A stretch of 64,000 nucleotides of DNA from Aplysia californica (Eukaryota): positions 268,845 through 332,844 of the forward strand of contig NW_004797773.1 of NCBI RefSeq assembly GCF_000002075.1. Reading direction: 5' to 3'. A program made the position numbers and the translations under genes. Below are positions 1 to 13,800 of the stretch, piece after piece (the first letter of the stretch is position 1; every line of letters begins with the position of its first letter). The notes below the pieces were generated by a model, which ran no database searches, was not told the origin of the DNA, and was given only the letters and a program-made list of their open reading frames with translations.

Positions 1-1241
1 TTACAGGGGGTGGGGGGTGGTGGGTGCGAAAAATTTTCAGACAATCTGGTTGAGGCTCACATGCAGGTCTAGTAGTAAGATCGGGGTGCTTGGCTCATAC
101 TGGTGACGACTCTCTTTTCCCAATTATTGGATCTTCCTGTGTGCACTCGCACGCTGTCTCCCACGTCAGGTTCTGGATGACTCTTTGTGTGTCGGTCGTA
201 GTGTTTCTTCTGCTCTATTTTTCTTTGCTGAAGCAGGTTTGGAGCATGAACAGGTAACTGTGGTTTTAAAATCTTGGGATCCGTTGGGACTAGATCTTTC
301 AATTTTCTGCCCATGAGCAGCTGGGCTGGAGAGTACGGCAAACCTGTGATGGGAGTGTTTCTGTATCCGACTAGAGCTATGTTAAGATCAGATCCTTCCT
401 CTGTACATTTCCTGAACAGTGTTTTGACAATGTTGACGAAACGTTCACTTTGGCCATTTGACTGCGGATACCTCGGACTTGATGTTTTGATTTCGAAGTT
501 CCAGCTTGTTGCAAATTCTTTCATCTTGTAGCTGGAGAAAGGCATGTTGTCAGCGAAGAGTACTTGTGGTATCCCATTTCTTCCAAAATTTGGTTTTAAG
601 GACCTGATCACCGACTGTGCTGTTTTGTTGTTCACGTATGCTACTTCAGGATACTTTGAATAATAATCCACCACAAGAAGGTATGATTTTCCCTTAAATT
701 AAAAAATGTCTGCTCCTAGTTTGACCCAAGGGATAGATGGCAGATTGTGAGGAATCATCGATTCCTTACCATTTCGTGGTTGATTGCTAGCGCATATATC
801 ACATTTCTTCGTCTTTTCTTCAATGTCAGTACATATTCTTAGCCAATAGATGCTCTCTCTGGCTCTGGCCTTACTTTTATCGATGCCAAGGTGACTTGTG
901 TGCAGTTTGGTTAATATTTCTTCCCTCATGGTTTCAGGTATGACCATTCTGTTATTGAAGAACAAAATTCCATTTTCCTCATGCATGTCATGTCTGAGTT
1001 TGTAGTTGTGTCTTTCTGTCATTGACATATTTTTCTGTTGAGGCCATGAGTCATTTTTCACCCATTGTAAGACATCTTTCAGTATCTTGTCAGACTTGGT
1101 TTCTTTTTGGATTTCTTTGAGTTTCTCTGTTATGGCAGGCATTGTGGCTGTCGTACAGTGTACTCTCAGTATTTCCTCCAGGGGAATTTCGTGTCTCTCT
1201 TGATGTGTTAATGGTGGTGAGGCTCTTCTCAATGTGTCAGC

Positions 1242-2120
1242 CAGGGGCGAAGCGTCTATATAATCAAATAATCACTGCTTCCCTTTCTAATTTTGAAACA
1301 TTGTCGCTGTCAAATTCATCCTTAAACGTAAACCTCATAAATTAAATGTAAAAAGACGTTCGTAACCAACAACGAACAGTATGCCTAACATTCAAAACGG
1401 TTTCACGGCCACAGAAATAGCCTCCTCACCCCTCTCGGACCACTCCATACGCAGTCGCAAGCTTTGATTAAGTAAGCTTAAAGTGAGGCTGGAATAGAGT
1501 TGAAGGGAACATGTGCATGGCAGTCAAAGCTGTTTCCTTGCCACATATACCCTGTTCACCCCTTTGGGGCCACAGTTAAAATCAATCACAAGCCCTGATT
1601 AAGTAAGCTAACTAACACTGGTCGAGTCTACCTCACAAATGTGAGGGGAACTAACTCTTAATAATCTCTTGACTGCTGCTTGTGCTTGTTTTTTTTCCTC
1701 GACTTTTTACCGTCCTATAATCAGATCGTGACCTCGATTATGACACCAGCTCCTGGCCGCGAAAGGCTAACAAAAACAGCCAAATGTGAAATTTAAAAAA
1801 TAATAATTGTCATGTTCTACCAAAGAGTTAGACTCACTGGTAGATCTATAACATATAGATCTAGTACTGACATCTCTGCTTCTTTGCTTTGTTTATGTAT
1901 TCACATCTAAAGTTAAGTTTAATTTTAGTGGGAACTGATATTTAATAAGATACTTTCCCGATTATTTTGGCGGTTGAACATACAATATGAATTCCGGATT
2001 TGTTTTCATTCACAACTCAGAGTCGCCGCCTCGAGTAAGATTCTTGTGTGATATCTACAGGCCATATCTGGTCCCATTTCACTTTGATTACCCTGTCAAA
2101 CAAGTCAGCCTTCGCCCCTG
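1242..2120. mobile_element. Non-autonomous hAT-type element (879 bp)
   Basis: Perfect 11-bp TIR CAGGGGCGAAG/CTTCGCCCCTG. Perfect 8-bp TSD GTGTCAGC at 1234-1241 and 2121-2128. Splits the Gypsy ADTL codons. Confidence 0.92.
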
Positions 2121-2253
2121 GTGTCAGCAATGTATAGCTGAGATCCGGGTTTGTACTGAACATCCAGTTTGTAATCGGAGTAGTCGTAAGATCATCAGTT
2201 GGGATTCTTGGCGAAGCTTGGTGCAATGGTTTTCTCAAGATCGTCTCTAATAG

Positions 2254-2401
2254 GGAAGGACTTCTGTAACGAGCGACCACTCCATCACACACAATAAAGA
2301 AGAGGCCTAACCCAAACCCAAACCCTAACCCTACGCTAGATTTACCCCTAGCCCTCAATTCTGCTCTGTCTCATAGTGGTCGCTTCTTACGGAAGTCCTC
2401 C
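2254..2401. mobile_element. 148-bp MITE with a telomere-like (CCCTAA/CCCAAA) core
   Basis: About 28-bp imperfect TIR GGAAGGACTTCTGTAACGAGCGACCACT / AGTGGTCGCTTCTTACGGAAGTCCTCC. TSD CTCTAATAG/CTCTAATGG (9 bp, 1 mismatch; 7 bp exact). Interrupts the Gypsy KPLE-TILRK frame. Confidence 0.85.
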
Positions 2402-3077
2402 CTCTAATGGTTTGTAATCACTGATCACCAGTACTTCTCTTCCAAAAATGAATTGGTGGAATTGTTCTGCAGCAAACACTATCGCTAGGAGCTCACGCTC
2501 AATGTTTGCATAGCTTACTTCTGTCTCTGTCAAAGATCTTGATGAATATGCGATCGGTTGGTTGTCCTGGAGCAAGCATGCCCCTAGTCCCTTTGTTGAA
2601 GAATCGCACTTGATTGTCCCTGGCTTCTTTGAGTCAAACAGTTTCAGTACAGGATTTTGGCTCAATATTAATTCTCTTAGTTTGTTCACTGCTTCTGTGT
2701 TTTCAGGGTACCAATGTCTTGGCACATCTTTCTTTAGCAGTATCTCAGTGGGCTTGTTATGGTAGACATATTCGGGATGAATGGGCTCAGGAAATGTACC
2801 TTCCCAAGTAGTCTTTTTGACTCTAGTTTTATCTTCTGGTAGTGGCATTTCACTTATGGCTCTGACCTTTGCAGGGTCTGGTTTTATACCATCCTGGGAA
2901 ATTATTCTTCCCATGTACTTCACTTCTGATTTTCTAAGTTGTGATTTTTTTGCATTAAAATGCACATTGCTTTCTCTTGCTCTGTAAAGCACTTTGCGCA
3001 TGATCTTGTCATGTTCTTCATCGGTTTTGGCTACTATTAAAGTGTCATCAGCCAAACAATGCACTTGCCACGGGATT

Positions 3078-3950
3078 GGTCAGATTTGCGGTCTGGCCCA
3101 AGCTGTACTGTGTCATTTACGTAGCTAGGTCGCTGCTGAAACTAAAGTTTGTCAGATTTGAAAGTTTCCTTTCCAGGTGAAATGATCCATTTCCCTCTCA
3201 CACTCACATTATACTGAATTTTGTATTAAATTAGGCTGCATCATATCATTTATTTGTTTCTCTATGTTCAAGTTCAAGAATATGTTTTTCTTCATTGATG
3301 AAATTGTTTGCCAAATTTAAAGAAGTTCTGAGGCAATTTTTAAAGAAATTTTCTTTCAGTGCTTAAATGGTCAGATTTGCGGTCTGGCCCAAGCTGTACT
3401 GTGTCATTTACGTAGCTAGGTCGCTGCTGAAACTAAAGTTTGTCAGATTTGAAAGTTTCCTTTCCAGGTGAAATGATCCATTTCCCTCTCACACTCACAT
3501 TATACTGAATTTTGTATTAAATTAGGCTGCATCATATCATTTATTTGTTTCTCTATGTTCAAGTTCAAGAATATGTTTTTCTTCATTGATGAAATTGTTT
3601 GCCAAATTTAAAGAAGTTCTGAGGCAATTTTTAAAGAAATTTTCTTTCAGTGCTTAAATGGTCAGATTTGCGGTCTGGCCCAAGCTGTACTGTGTCATTT
3701 ACGTAGCTAGGTCGCTGCTGAAACTAAAGTTTGTCAGATTTGAAAGTTTCCTTTCCAGGTGAAATGATCCATTTCCCTCTCACACTCACATTATACTGAA
3801 TTTTGTATTAAATTAGGCTGCATCATATCATTTATTTGTTTCTCTATGTTCAAGTTCAAGAATATGTTTTTCTTCATTGATGAAATTGTTTGCCAAATTT
3901 AAAGAAGTTCTGAGGCAATTTTTAAAGAAATTTTCTTTCAGTGCTTAAAT
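3078..3950. repeat. Tandem repeat, 3 x 291 bp, apparently identical
   Basis: GGTCAGATTTGCGGTCTGGCCC starts at 3078, 3369 and 3660. No differences seen between copies. Confidence 0.95.
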
Positions 3951-4179
3951 GTTTTTCTTTACCCTTCTTATTTTAAAGTACTCTACTTTCATTCAAGTCG
4001 AAGGTCTTAAACTATTCTCAGTAGCTTGTGTACGAGCCCTTTAAAAAAAATTGCTCTAGTTAGCAAGCTGGTGTGGTGCAGTTAGTTTCTTTCTTGGCAG
4101 TCATGCTGAAGTTAAGTTCACGTTAAGGTGGTGGTGCCATTTTCTTTTTCTCAATGAAAAAATGCAACGTCAGCCCTAT

Positions 4180-4348
4180 CTGTCCCCGTCGTTTTATGCA
4201 AGAAAAATTTTGAAATTATGCCAACTGAGCCCAAAAATGTGAAATTATGTGATTCTGTTAATTTTAACAAAGAATGATAAAGGAAAATAATCAGAAATTA
4301 TGCAAAAAATGATCAAATTATGCGGGATGCATAAAACCAAGGGGACAG
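4180..4348. mobile_element. ~168-bp MITE, CTGTCCCC termini (copy 1)
   Basis: TIR CTGTCCCC..GTTTTATGCA / TGCATAAAAC..GGGGACAG; internal AAATTATGC repeats; flanks CCCTAT/CCCAAT. Closely similar copy at 45695-45861. Confidence 0.8.
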
Positions 4349-6814
4349 CCCAATGCTCTCTCTTGGAAATGACCTGTTATGTGTGTAATAGCTTTTGATA
4401 AGGTGTTTCACTTCAACAATTAGAAGATGAAAAGAATTTGAATATTTTGCCTTGCTCTGCCAATGTTTTTGCATGATTAACCTGGTGCTGGGCTAAATCT
4501 TTTACGAGGTAGCATACATACATGTATATCTGCTGTTAGGTGCATGACCATTCAAGCTCTGTGCTGCAATGACGAATGAAAGATAGACTTGCACGTAATT
4601 GCAGATGTTTTACTGTGATATTTTCTTTGCTTGCATTACAGTTTTTGTTTTTTTATTTGAGCAATATATGTATATAATTATACACCTATATCTGTATACA
4701 TGTGTGTGTGTGTGTGTATGTGTGTGTGTTATTAAGCAGTGAGAGTAAAGAAAGAAATAATATGATTTTAGGATGGGAAAATCATACTATGTATTACTTG
4801 CTGGATCACTGATGACTCTTGTAATTTATGAACTCTGGAGTCAATACTTGATGTGTACAGGAATAGATTTTGAATTGAGACTGAGAGAGAAAGAAAGAAA
4901 AAAGAGAGAGAGCGAGAGAGAGAAGGTATAAAAGACTTCATCATTTGTACAAAGTACCAAAATCAAGATGCTGTAATTGCTTTCAGATATGTGCTTGACA
5001 ATGAGATAAATGGTAGACTTGGAGAAAATGAAATTTTGTTACTGATTTTCTTTTCTAGTATTTCGAAGGATTCGTCTTTTTAAGTTTTGAGCATTTTGTG
5101 TTTTATATGAATACGATTGGAACTTTCTAAAAAGTTTTAGTACTTCAAAGAGCATAGGGGTATATATATGAGGGATAAGTTTTGAGTAAATGAGTTTTAA
5201 AAATTTCCCATAACGAGGTTGCCAAAACGATGAATTGAAAGATGTATCATTGGTTTATCTTTGACTTTGGCTAAGATGCCCATGAACTCTGGGTCTCTCT
5301 TGTAAGGCCATAAGGTTCCCTTTTATCTGATATTATTACACTAGGGGGTTCACGCGAAAATTAATGTCTATCTGCAGGACCAAACGATTTCAGATTTGAG
5401 GGAAATTTGTTTTGACTTCCAAATAATTGTTGAAAAAATAGAAAAGTATTTGTGCAAAATCATGTTGATTTTAGATTTTGAAATGGTTTACTTTTCCTTA
5501 TTCTGATAAAACCTTGTTTGAAATTCTTGATCTATTTTTACTGATCTCTCAAAATAACTTTCTGGTGGGCTTTCACAGAGCCACACTCACATTTTTGTTT
5601 TCTTTTTATACTGTGTGCCGTTGAATATTTCTCTGCCCTGAAGTTTTGAAAGTGGAACATTCCTGGATGCATTGCTGAGGAATTGAATGAGAAATACAAC
5701 TTATTATTGGAATCTGGGTTTATTTATAATATACACCATTCCTTATCCACTGCCATTTCTTCATGAAGATGCATTTTGTCAACAACAAAAAATGCTTTAT
5801 GCTTGGAGTCTTGCAAGTTGAGTTTTTCTTTGGTGAGTTGGTTCTAACAGATCAGAAACTCAAACTGAAATTTTCAATCTCAGTTGTTACTTTGCAATTT
5901 TAATTTGCAGCATTGTGTTTAAACGTTTTGAACAATGATGTAATTTTATTTTTTGCTGTGTTAAAATTTAAGCTGTTTCAACTTTTGCCTCTTTGATTTT
6001 AATTTTTTTTTCAATTAAAAAAATTTAATGAAAATGTTCAAGCCTTTATTTTTTATAACAACACATCTACCTTGTCATTAGCCTCATTTGCCTCCTGATA
6101 CGCCATCACCACAGGTCGTAAAATATAGACCAATACAGAATAAACTCTATTGTATGTTGTGACGCAGCAGTGCCTTCTACTACTACATATATAATATACT
6201 CTTACTTTTTCCCCTTTGAAACATGTGGGCATTCAGTTCTATCAGAAGGACAATTTTTTAGTAAGATACATCTCCCCTCCATCCATCTTGTCTATACATC
6301 GACATTTTTTTCTTGACAGATCTCCTAGTGTAAAAATTTTAAAAATTCTCTTTTGCTTGTAAAGTCAAAAAATTTTGGCTGCCCATCGTCAATTGTTGGC
6401 CTGCAACTAATCCAATTTGTTGATGTGAGTTGCACCCTTATCATCTCAAAATAAAATATGAAAACGAGGTGGTTTGTGTTGGAACTATGTGTGCTTGGCT
6501 GTCTTTGTATGATTGATAGGTGTTTTCGTGGTCACTGTGTATGGCAGGCACTTGTATATATTTAATAAGAAGCTCCATGCCAAATTAATTCTCAAGTGAC
6601 CACCAACAAGCACATGTATCTCTCTTGACGTATCTCCCTGTTTCTGTCTAGTCTTTCTCCCACTCTCTCAGTTTTGTCTCCATCTGTGTGTGTCTAGTCT
6701 CTCTCCCTCTGCTCTGTCAAGTCTTGAAGTCTTGACCCTCCATTAGCTCAGTAGGTATCATGCTGGACAATGGAGCGGATGGCCTCAGATTTTCCCGGAA
6801 AATGTCTCTTGACA

Positions 6815-6935
6815 TACTTTGACATGGGAGAGTCTAGCTCCTGACAGACCCATCTGGAGAGCAGCAGTCACTGTGGGCAGTAAATCATATGAAGCTTCAC
6901 AAATAAGACATGTTGAAACTAACGAAGAAACTCGC
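6815..6935 (+). mobile_element. Short RTE-type LINE 3' ORF remnant
   Basis: TWESLAPDRPIWRAAV resembles the W..LA.DR..WR motif at the C-terminus of RTE ORFs. Confidence 0.55.
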
Positions 6936-7019
6936 ATGATGCTCACATCCACAAGTGGTAGTGGAGCTTTTAAATATATATTTCAAACTGGCAAACTTTT
7001 CTTTACCTGAAGTAGAAGT

Positions 7020-7150
7020 GGTCTCATTGGCCACAGCAGAAGCCACATGTCATTTTAACCTTTAACTTTAATTCTTCAAATTCCTCTATTTCGCTGGAGA
7101 AATATTTTCCTCTTCGGATGTATTGATCACCATCAGACATTGACAGACAA
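7020..7150. repeat. Unclassified dispersed repeat; related copies near 47057-47165 and 54427-54540
   Basis: Shared GGTCTCATTGGC..AGAAG(T/C)CACA..(C/T)TCTATTT..G(C/T)ATTG(G/A)TCA(C/T)C(A/G)TCA blocks at three loci. Confidence 0.6.
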
Positions 7151-7334
7151 GCTTTTATTATTGGCTTCGATTCAAATCCTAGACTGGGCGTTCCTGAACT
7201 GGGGTCGTTTTGTAGAGTTTTCGAGGCTCTCAACCATTTTTGCTCGGTTCTATTGGAGACTGATGTTAAATTCAGAGGTCCCGCCTCTGAAATAACCTGG
7301 GTTGATAGGGTTCAACTCCTACACTTACTTTTTT

Positions 7335-7610
7335 ACTGTCTAGTCTCTCTCTCTATCTCGGTCTAACCTTCCTCCCACTTTCTCTCTCTCTCATTCCCTG
7401 CTCTGTTTCTTTCTCCTCTCGGTCTAGTCTTTCTCCATTTTTCTCAGTCTAGTTTTGCCCTCTATCTCGATTTAGTTTAGGCCTCTGTGTGTGTTCTCTC
7501 TCTCTCTCTCAGTCCAGTCTCTCTCCCTCTAGCTCTCTCTTCCCCTCACTCTCTGAATATTCTCTCTCCCTCTAAATATCTCTGTTTAGTTTCTCTCCCT
7601 CTATTTCCAT
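7335..7610. repeat. CT-rich low-complexity array (degenerate TCTAGTCTCTCTCCC units)
   Basis: Recurrent GTCTAGTCT(C/T)TCTCC motif; similar tract at about 6620-6720. Confidence 0.7.
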
Positions 7611-7778
7611 CTGTATGTCAATCCAATGACTATTTGTGTGTACGTCCGTGTATATAAGTGTATACGTGTCTGTGGTCGGTGTGTTGACGTGTGTGTGCAA
7701 TGTACAATCTATTTACCATGCTACAGAAAATTACTCTTTGTGAAGACCTTATCTTAGTCTCTCTCCCTCTCTCTGTCT

Positions 7779-7963
7779 CCAGTGGGTGGTTGACGGGTGC
7801 TCTGGTGTGGTTTGTTTCTTCTTTCCTGTCAAAGATCTATCGTCCTTATCTCCCCTTTTTCTTTTTTATGTTTGTTACTCTCTTGTAACACCTCTAATCT
7901 TCTGGCGCTCATATGACCTTTTATGCAGTTGCGAGTGCTGTAAAACCTCTACTAAAACTAAAG
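7779..7963 (+). mobile_element. ~185-bp short retroposon with an I/Nimb-type LINE tail and (ACTAAA)n end; best copy of a family
   Basis: 12-bp direct repeat CTCTCTCTGTCT at 7767-7778 and 7964-7975. Minus-strand copies at about 12083-12237, 46205-46275 (partial), 57145-58250 (split by a MITE), 58396-58620, 60655-60838, 62040-62168 (degenerate) and 63520-63681. Confidence 0.8.
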
Positions 7964-10814
7964 CTCTCTCTGTCTAGTCTTTCTCCCCTAATCCTATCGG
8001 ATAACTCTGTTTGGTGGAGGACCTTGTTCGTAACAAACCTTACAACTTAAAACCTCACATTTTTTTAAGGGGCGTTAAACCTGTACATGTACCTTGCCTT
8101 ACACATACACACAGCACAAGCACTACCTTTTACCTCAACATGACACAGACCACTGCAACCATAAACTAACCCTGGCTGTCAGGGAGCTGGGGGAAGGAGA
8201 TTAACTTTCAGTGGGTGCATATCCTTGCATGTTCCACTTGTTCTACCCTCCCCTCCCGCATGATTTTTTGAGTAGCAGATTTCCTTAAATAGATTGGGTA
8301 CAATACTTTCAATTATTAATTTCTTCTCACTCCACTCCCAGACTAGCTATAATTTATTGCTTCAATTATCATCTCTGTAAAAGGACACTGATAAGCACAG
8401 TCTAGCATGAGCATAACAAAATTTACAGGATGTTAAAATCGTAAACGAAATTCACTACAATTTACGTACATGTTTTAAATACAAAGAATATTATAGACAC
8501 GCAATGGGCCCCACCTGGATTTCAGCTACAGCAGGCTGAGTCCGTTCTCTCATAATATATTTAGTAGACCCGAGTTCAATTACCATGTGTAGATAATTTT
8601 TAACGGGTATCCTCATCCCAGATAGGTCCTGACTTGCATAATTATTATTTTATTTTTTCAATCAAAATTAAAATTTAGCAAAATTTGGGGGTAAAGTCCA
8701 AAAGAAAACAAAGACCAGATTATTTATTGATGCATTATCATTTATTCTTTGTATTACAGCACCAACTACCTTTTCCAAATTCTAATTCTTGCAAATCACA
8801 CGAATCATGGTCTATTAATCATGTATGCATCCTTGATCAAGGTCAATATATCAGAAAATATAAGATTTTTTTTTACCTTGTCATGTACATGAAAAAAACC
8901 TGCTAATAGGGCAATAAAGAAATCTACCCCTTCACATTACCTTGACTTTTCTCTCAAGCTTTTCAAATGAAACAGCAAGAAATGAAGATGGGAAAACAAA
9001 TACCTCATCAATAAACCTAATAACTTTGCACCATTTCAGAACATTATCTTTGAAAAAAATATTTCTACAAGAAAATGAAAGAGGACTAGACAAAAAGTTT
9101 TAAAAAAGATGAATAAAATGAGAAAAAGTCAATAGGCCACATTTAAAATAAAAATTTAAAAGAATTTTCAATGGCATTGGTACAGTTTTCTACAATGAGA
9201 CAAAATGTTAATCAACTTAAATTAAATGTCATACAAGCACTAGACAGGTAATACATTTTTACTGTCATACTAGATATAAACAGATCATCATAACAAACGA
9301 TGAATCCTTGACCCTCTGTCAAAAAAAAGTAGCTGCTAATTTACATCATACATATTCACGATGAGTGTTCCATGTCTTACTGTCTAGACTCAAAAAAATC
9401 TATCTGAAGACTTAGCACTTCCCTTTGTGGTAGATCTATGTGTGAGGAAGAAGGTAGGGTAAGAAATATGCAGGAATGATACACCAAAAAGAATATCACA
9501 CTGTTTTTCAACCTCATTGACAAACAGGCTGTTTTCAACTCAAACAACCACTCAATATCACAGACATTCAAATGAACATCTTTCCACAGCAAGTATTCAT
9601 ATATTCCGATTCAAAGAATTTACTGTAAACCTTTTTTTTTGGGGGGGGGGTGGGGGGGAACACATTTAATTTGTGATTTTTGCAATTTTAAAAGAAATTT
9701 GCAAATTCATGTCAGTCTTGAAATGTTAAAAGCAACTGCATAGGAAAATGTGATACTAGGCGACTCAGATCGCTAATTCAAAACATTTGTGAAAAAAAGA
9801 AATGAGCAAAATGTGAAAAAAGAGTAGAGCATGCAGTGAAAAAAAATACTGTGCAAATATATGCTGTTGTGTGAGCCCTGTCCCCTAGGTAATTTGGACA
9901 AAATACCCCTGAGTTTCCTCATGTTGACTGATAGATTTGTACTAGTACCACCACACACAGACAGGCAGTCAGCGCCCAGAAATGTACAGATATCGCATGC
10001 TCAGGTGTGTACTCAGGTCCGTTGGGTTAACATTGCTCTGGGGAATTAGATATTTCATCAAGTCTACTACAACCCTCAGTATAATTAATATAGGCTACAT
10101 ATCTGTCACAGGTATTTCCAGAACTCATGGAAGAAAATATCATTGGAGAAACTCTGATCAAAGTCACTGACACTGAACACAACATGAACAATCTAGAAAT
10201 GCATGTGTTTGTTTTTTCTTTATTACCTCAGCAACTGAGTGATTGTGGAATATTGAAACCACAGACTCCCTGAAATAAGAAAAAAAAATATCCTCAACCA
10301 GCTTCAGTACACCCAAAGTCTATAGGCAACTTGACCCTGTAATGTTTAATAAATCATTTACTTGAGGCTCCAAAATGATCTTATTTCAGGAGAAGGCCGA
10401 CATGGCATACTCTAACCACCGACCGCAGGAAATGGTGATGTTGAGAAGAATGCCCTTTTCTCTCTCTTAGAGAAAATGCCAGTTTCCTGGAAAATAGGTA
10501 CAAAATATATCAATCACGATCTAATGAAAATTCACATCAGGGTAGCTTGAAATTGAGAGCGGCCAAAAAAACCCAACCAAAACCCCAAAACTTGTTCTCA
10601 AAGTCCCCAAAACAAGGAAGACATCAAAATACTAACACTTTAGTACGATGACGTCTCACAAATCCAGTTTGCTTTACAAGTAATATGCTCATGATAGAAT
10701 TCAATAAGATTTCTGTACATTGTGACATCATTTGTATAACAAATTTTAACAAACTTGTATCAAACATAAGTATTTGCAGTATTAAGTCAAGGTAACGGAA
10801 TAGAAACGTTACCA

Positions 10815-13800
10815 TCAGTCTGTTGCCGCCAACATGTCTATCACAGCATCTGCTGATCCCATCTGGTAGAGAAGGTCATTCAAATAACCTTGCTCAACAT
10901 GGGGGAACATCGCTGACACCATCTGAAGGTCAGCATGGTCTGATCTAAGTTCATCAATATGCATCTTTGGTTTCACAGGCGTGTCGCAGCCCACGCTGTC
11001 CCTGAACTGAGGCGGTGAGTTGCGGGTTGTCGGAGAACGACGAGTTACCTGCTGCTGAGTGGCAGTAGCCCGTGCAGCGGTTCTGACTGCCCTAGAGCTG
11101 TACACGGTGCCAGCAGGAGCTGCCTTGACTTGTGGCTTGACATTTTGTGGGGGAGGCTGTCTTTTGGGCTCTGCTTCTCTCAAACGCGGTTGGGGTGGCT
11201 GTTCCGTCGAAGCATTTGAACTTTCAAGCTGCTGTAGAAATGCCTCTCGCTTTCTGTAGAAAGAACAATAAGTAGCAATGATAAGCAACAATAGCATCAT
11301 ATAAAATAAAAATCAATTATACTAAAAAAAAACAAAGACATACAATACAACATCAAGACAAAATACAGCAAAACTTAAGATCAGTCAAACCCCTGCTTGG
11401 CCACCAGTCCAAGTTAATCACATGTAACATACAACCACTTTTCATCCCCCCAGGGCATTAAAAAAATACTATAAAAAAACTGTCCAAGACATATCTAGGT
11501 GTCTAAGACAACCACTGTTCTCCTTGACAATGGGTATCCATCTAGGACAATTTTGACAGGTACCGCATACCTTCAACAAACCATAAATAAATGCACTGTA
11601 AGCCATGAACATAGCAGTCATCTTTCCTTGACCCTGTTAGTGATAATGAATTCCCTCCACATAAAATCACCAGCTGAAAGCTAGAGGTAATTATGTCCCA
11701 ATTTAAAACAGTCAGTTGCAGAAAGTTTTGATTTAAGTTTGAGTAAAGAGAAGCACATCGACACAATAACAGCCATTTTAGGCTGAGGAAAAGCCAGATA
11801 GACAGAGAGAGAGAGAGACAGACAACAGACAGAAAGGAAATTAGTGTACCTCCCAATGGTATCCTCCAATCACTAGTGTTTGGTGTTTTTATCTAAGCTA
11901 AGTCGGAGGGGGGAGCAGACAAAAATTTCCCCAGCACAACATCAGCTCAAAATGTCCCTGCGGTTGACTCTGAATCAGTCACCTGCAACGTAGTTTAGTA
12001 TGATACTTTCTGACATAGACTGCCCCCTCCCACTCTCCCAATTTAGCAAACAGAGAGGAAAACTACACAGAATGTCTTTTTCAGTTTTAGTAATAGTTTT
12101 ACAGCACTTGCAACACAATTAGGTCATATAAGTGCCGAAGATTAGAGGTGTTACAAGAGAGTGACAAACATAAAAAAGGAGGAGAGATATGGACTATAGA
12201 TGGAGCAAACCACACCAGAGCACCCACCAACTGCCCATAGATTATCTTTAAAAAGGTTAAAAAAATCAACAAGACTTCAAAGCTTTTTTTCCTACACAAG
12301 TAAAGAACAGCTCTAAAAATGCTTGTCCCTGTAAATATTTCCTTACCGTCTCACTTCATCTGCTGCAGGAGCTTTTCCTTGACGCATAAGGTTTTGCTCC
12401 GACTGTTCAAGAAATATGGTTAAACACATAATTAAAATAAGTCTTCTTCACACAACTGACATGAAGACGTATCACAATTTGTTTGATTTTCACACTTTTC
12501 CAACAAGTTAATAAGCAATAAGGTCTCCGACTCTGTACAAGGAGGTAACTGACTTATTGAATGTTAGCTTTCCAGATTTAATTAAATGATTTGATCAATG
12601 GCATTCTCAATTTTCTGTTCACCTTCCCCTTGATGCTCTTTCCTTTGGGACTCTTTAAACTATACAGTAGTCTCTGCCTAAACACACAGTGCTTGGGAGG
12701 GCTACTTAGCGTGCGTTTACATGAACCTTTGCAAAGAGATGAAGGGACGCAGTCATCTCATTGCCTTGATATTCTAGTGACCTATTAGTGTAGGGGTCAC
12801 TTTTGCCGATAATGTGACAACACGTGACTGTTGTTTTGTGAAGGATTCCCCGACTGCGGTTAAGAATACAAAGGCGTTCAATGGGGCGGGGGAGGGTAAG
12901 AAAGATAGATGCAAAGTAGTAATGATATGTACAATAAAATGTCGGGAACAGATAGCCTAAGAGGAAACTGTTGGTGATAGTCATAGTCATAGAGACGACG
13001 GCGCAGCCACATGCCTTTCCAAGTGCACACCACCAAACCGTAAATTTACGGATGACATCAAAATCATAGATCTCTATATGTTCAGAGAAACTTTTCTCTC
13101 ATGATTCGTTGAACAAGTACGTTAAATAAGTTCTTTGAGCGCAGCTCATTAGGCTTACTTGACTAATCTTTCATCCTATAGAGGCCTATCTAGTGTTTTA
13201 CAGCATTCACACGTGTTGCACATCATTCATAGGCCTAGGTCTAACTAAAAATTAGTCACCTAAACACCAGTCAGAAACCTTCTCTCAAAGATGCATTTTC
13301 AGTGACCAATCAAAAAGCATTTCAGTTTTTCAGTCCCCCCACCCCCCCTACATTTCACCGACCAGTCCTAGACCTATGTGTCTGCGGAAAGTTGGGTGTG
13401 AAAACGCTGTCCAACACTCTCTTTGTTCGGCGTGAGGGGCAGTCTCACCAAATATCCAGTTGTCTAGGCTTGTCTTATGCAAGCTGTGCAGGTTGTAGAG
13501 AAAATTTCCCCTTGTTTGTCAAGCTTTACCGGTCAGCTTGTTTAGCAGATCGGAGCGTGCGTTTAGAGGGAGTGGCCGTGCGTTTGTACACTGTATCTAA
13601 ATTATACCGTAAAAAACCCATCAGATGACGAAAGCGTGCTTTTGCATGGCATGCGTTTAGGCTGAGACTACTGTACAATTTTATTTTTTTTTAATATTGA
13701 TTTGTTTACTTACTCCTGGGAATATGTCATTTGGTTGTTGCTGACATGCATACATTTATATTCTTTGCCTTATTCTTCTTCGTTCTTAAAATTCACAACA

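Larger units (their letters stand above)
69..3062 (-). mobile_element. Decayed Ty3/Gypsy LTR-retrotransposon pol fragment (end of RT, RNase H, integrase zinc finger, integrase core), interrupted by two MITEs
   Basis: Motifs ADD (RT), CDSSTKGLGACLLQ/YANIERELLAIVF (RNase H), HTSHLG..C..C (integrase Zn finger) and VDYYSKY..DN..SSPRYPQSNGQSER (integrase core) occur in Gypsy order. Removing 2254-2401 and 1242-2120 restores DYKPLETILRKPLHQASPRI...YKPGSQLYIADTLRRA. Several frameshifts; no LTR seen. Confidence 0.93.

Noticed and set aside
2017-2358. 113-aa ORF with GLGFGFGLG
   Set aside because: Chimeric read-through of a telomere-like MITE, Gypsy sequence and the hAT end.
10815-11300. Single-exon 161-aa ORF with an apparent signal peptide (MMLLLLIIATYC)
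   Set aside because: The hydrophobic start is intronic sequence upstream of the acceptor at 11254; the rest is exon 8 of the EPSTI1-like gene.
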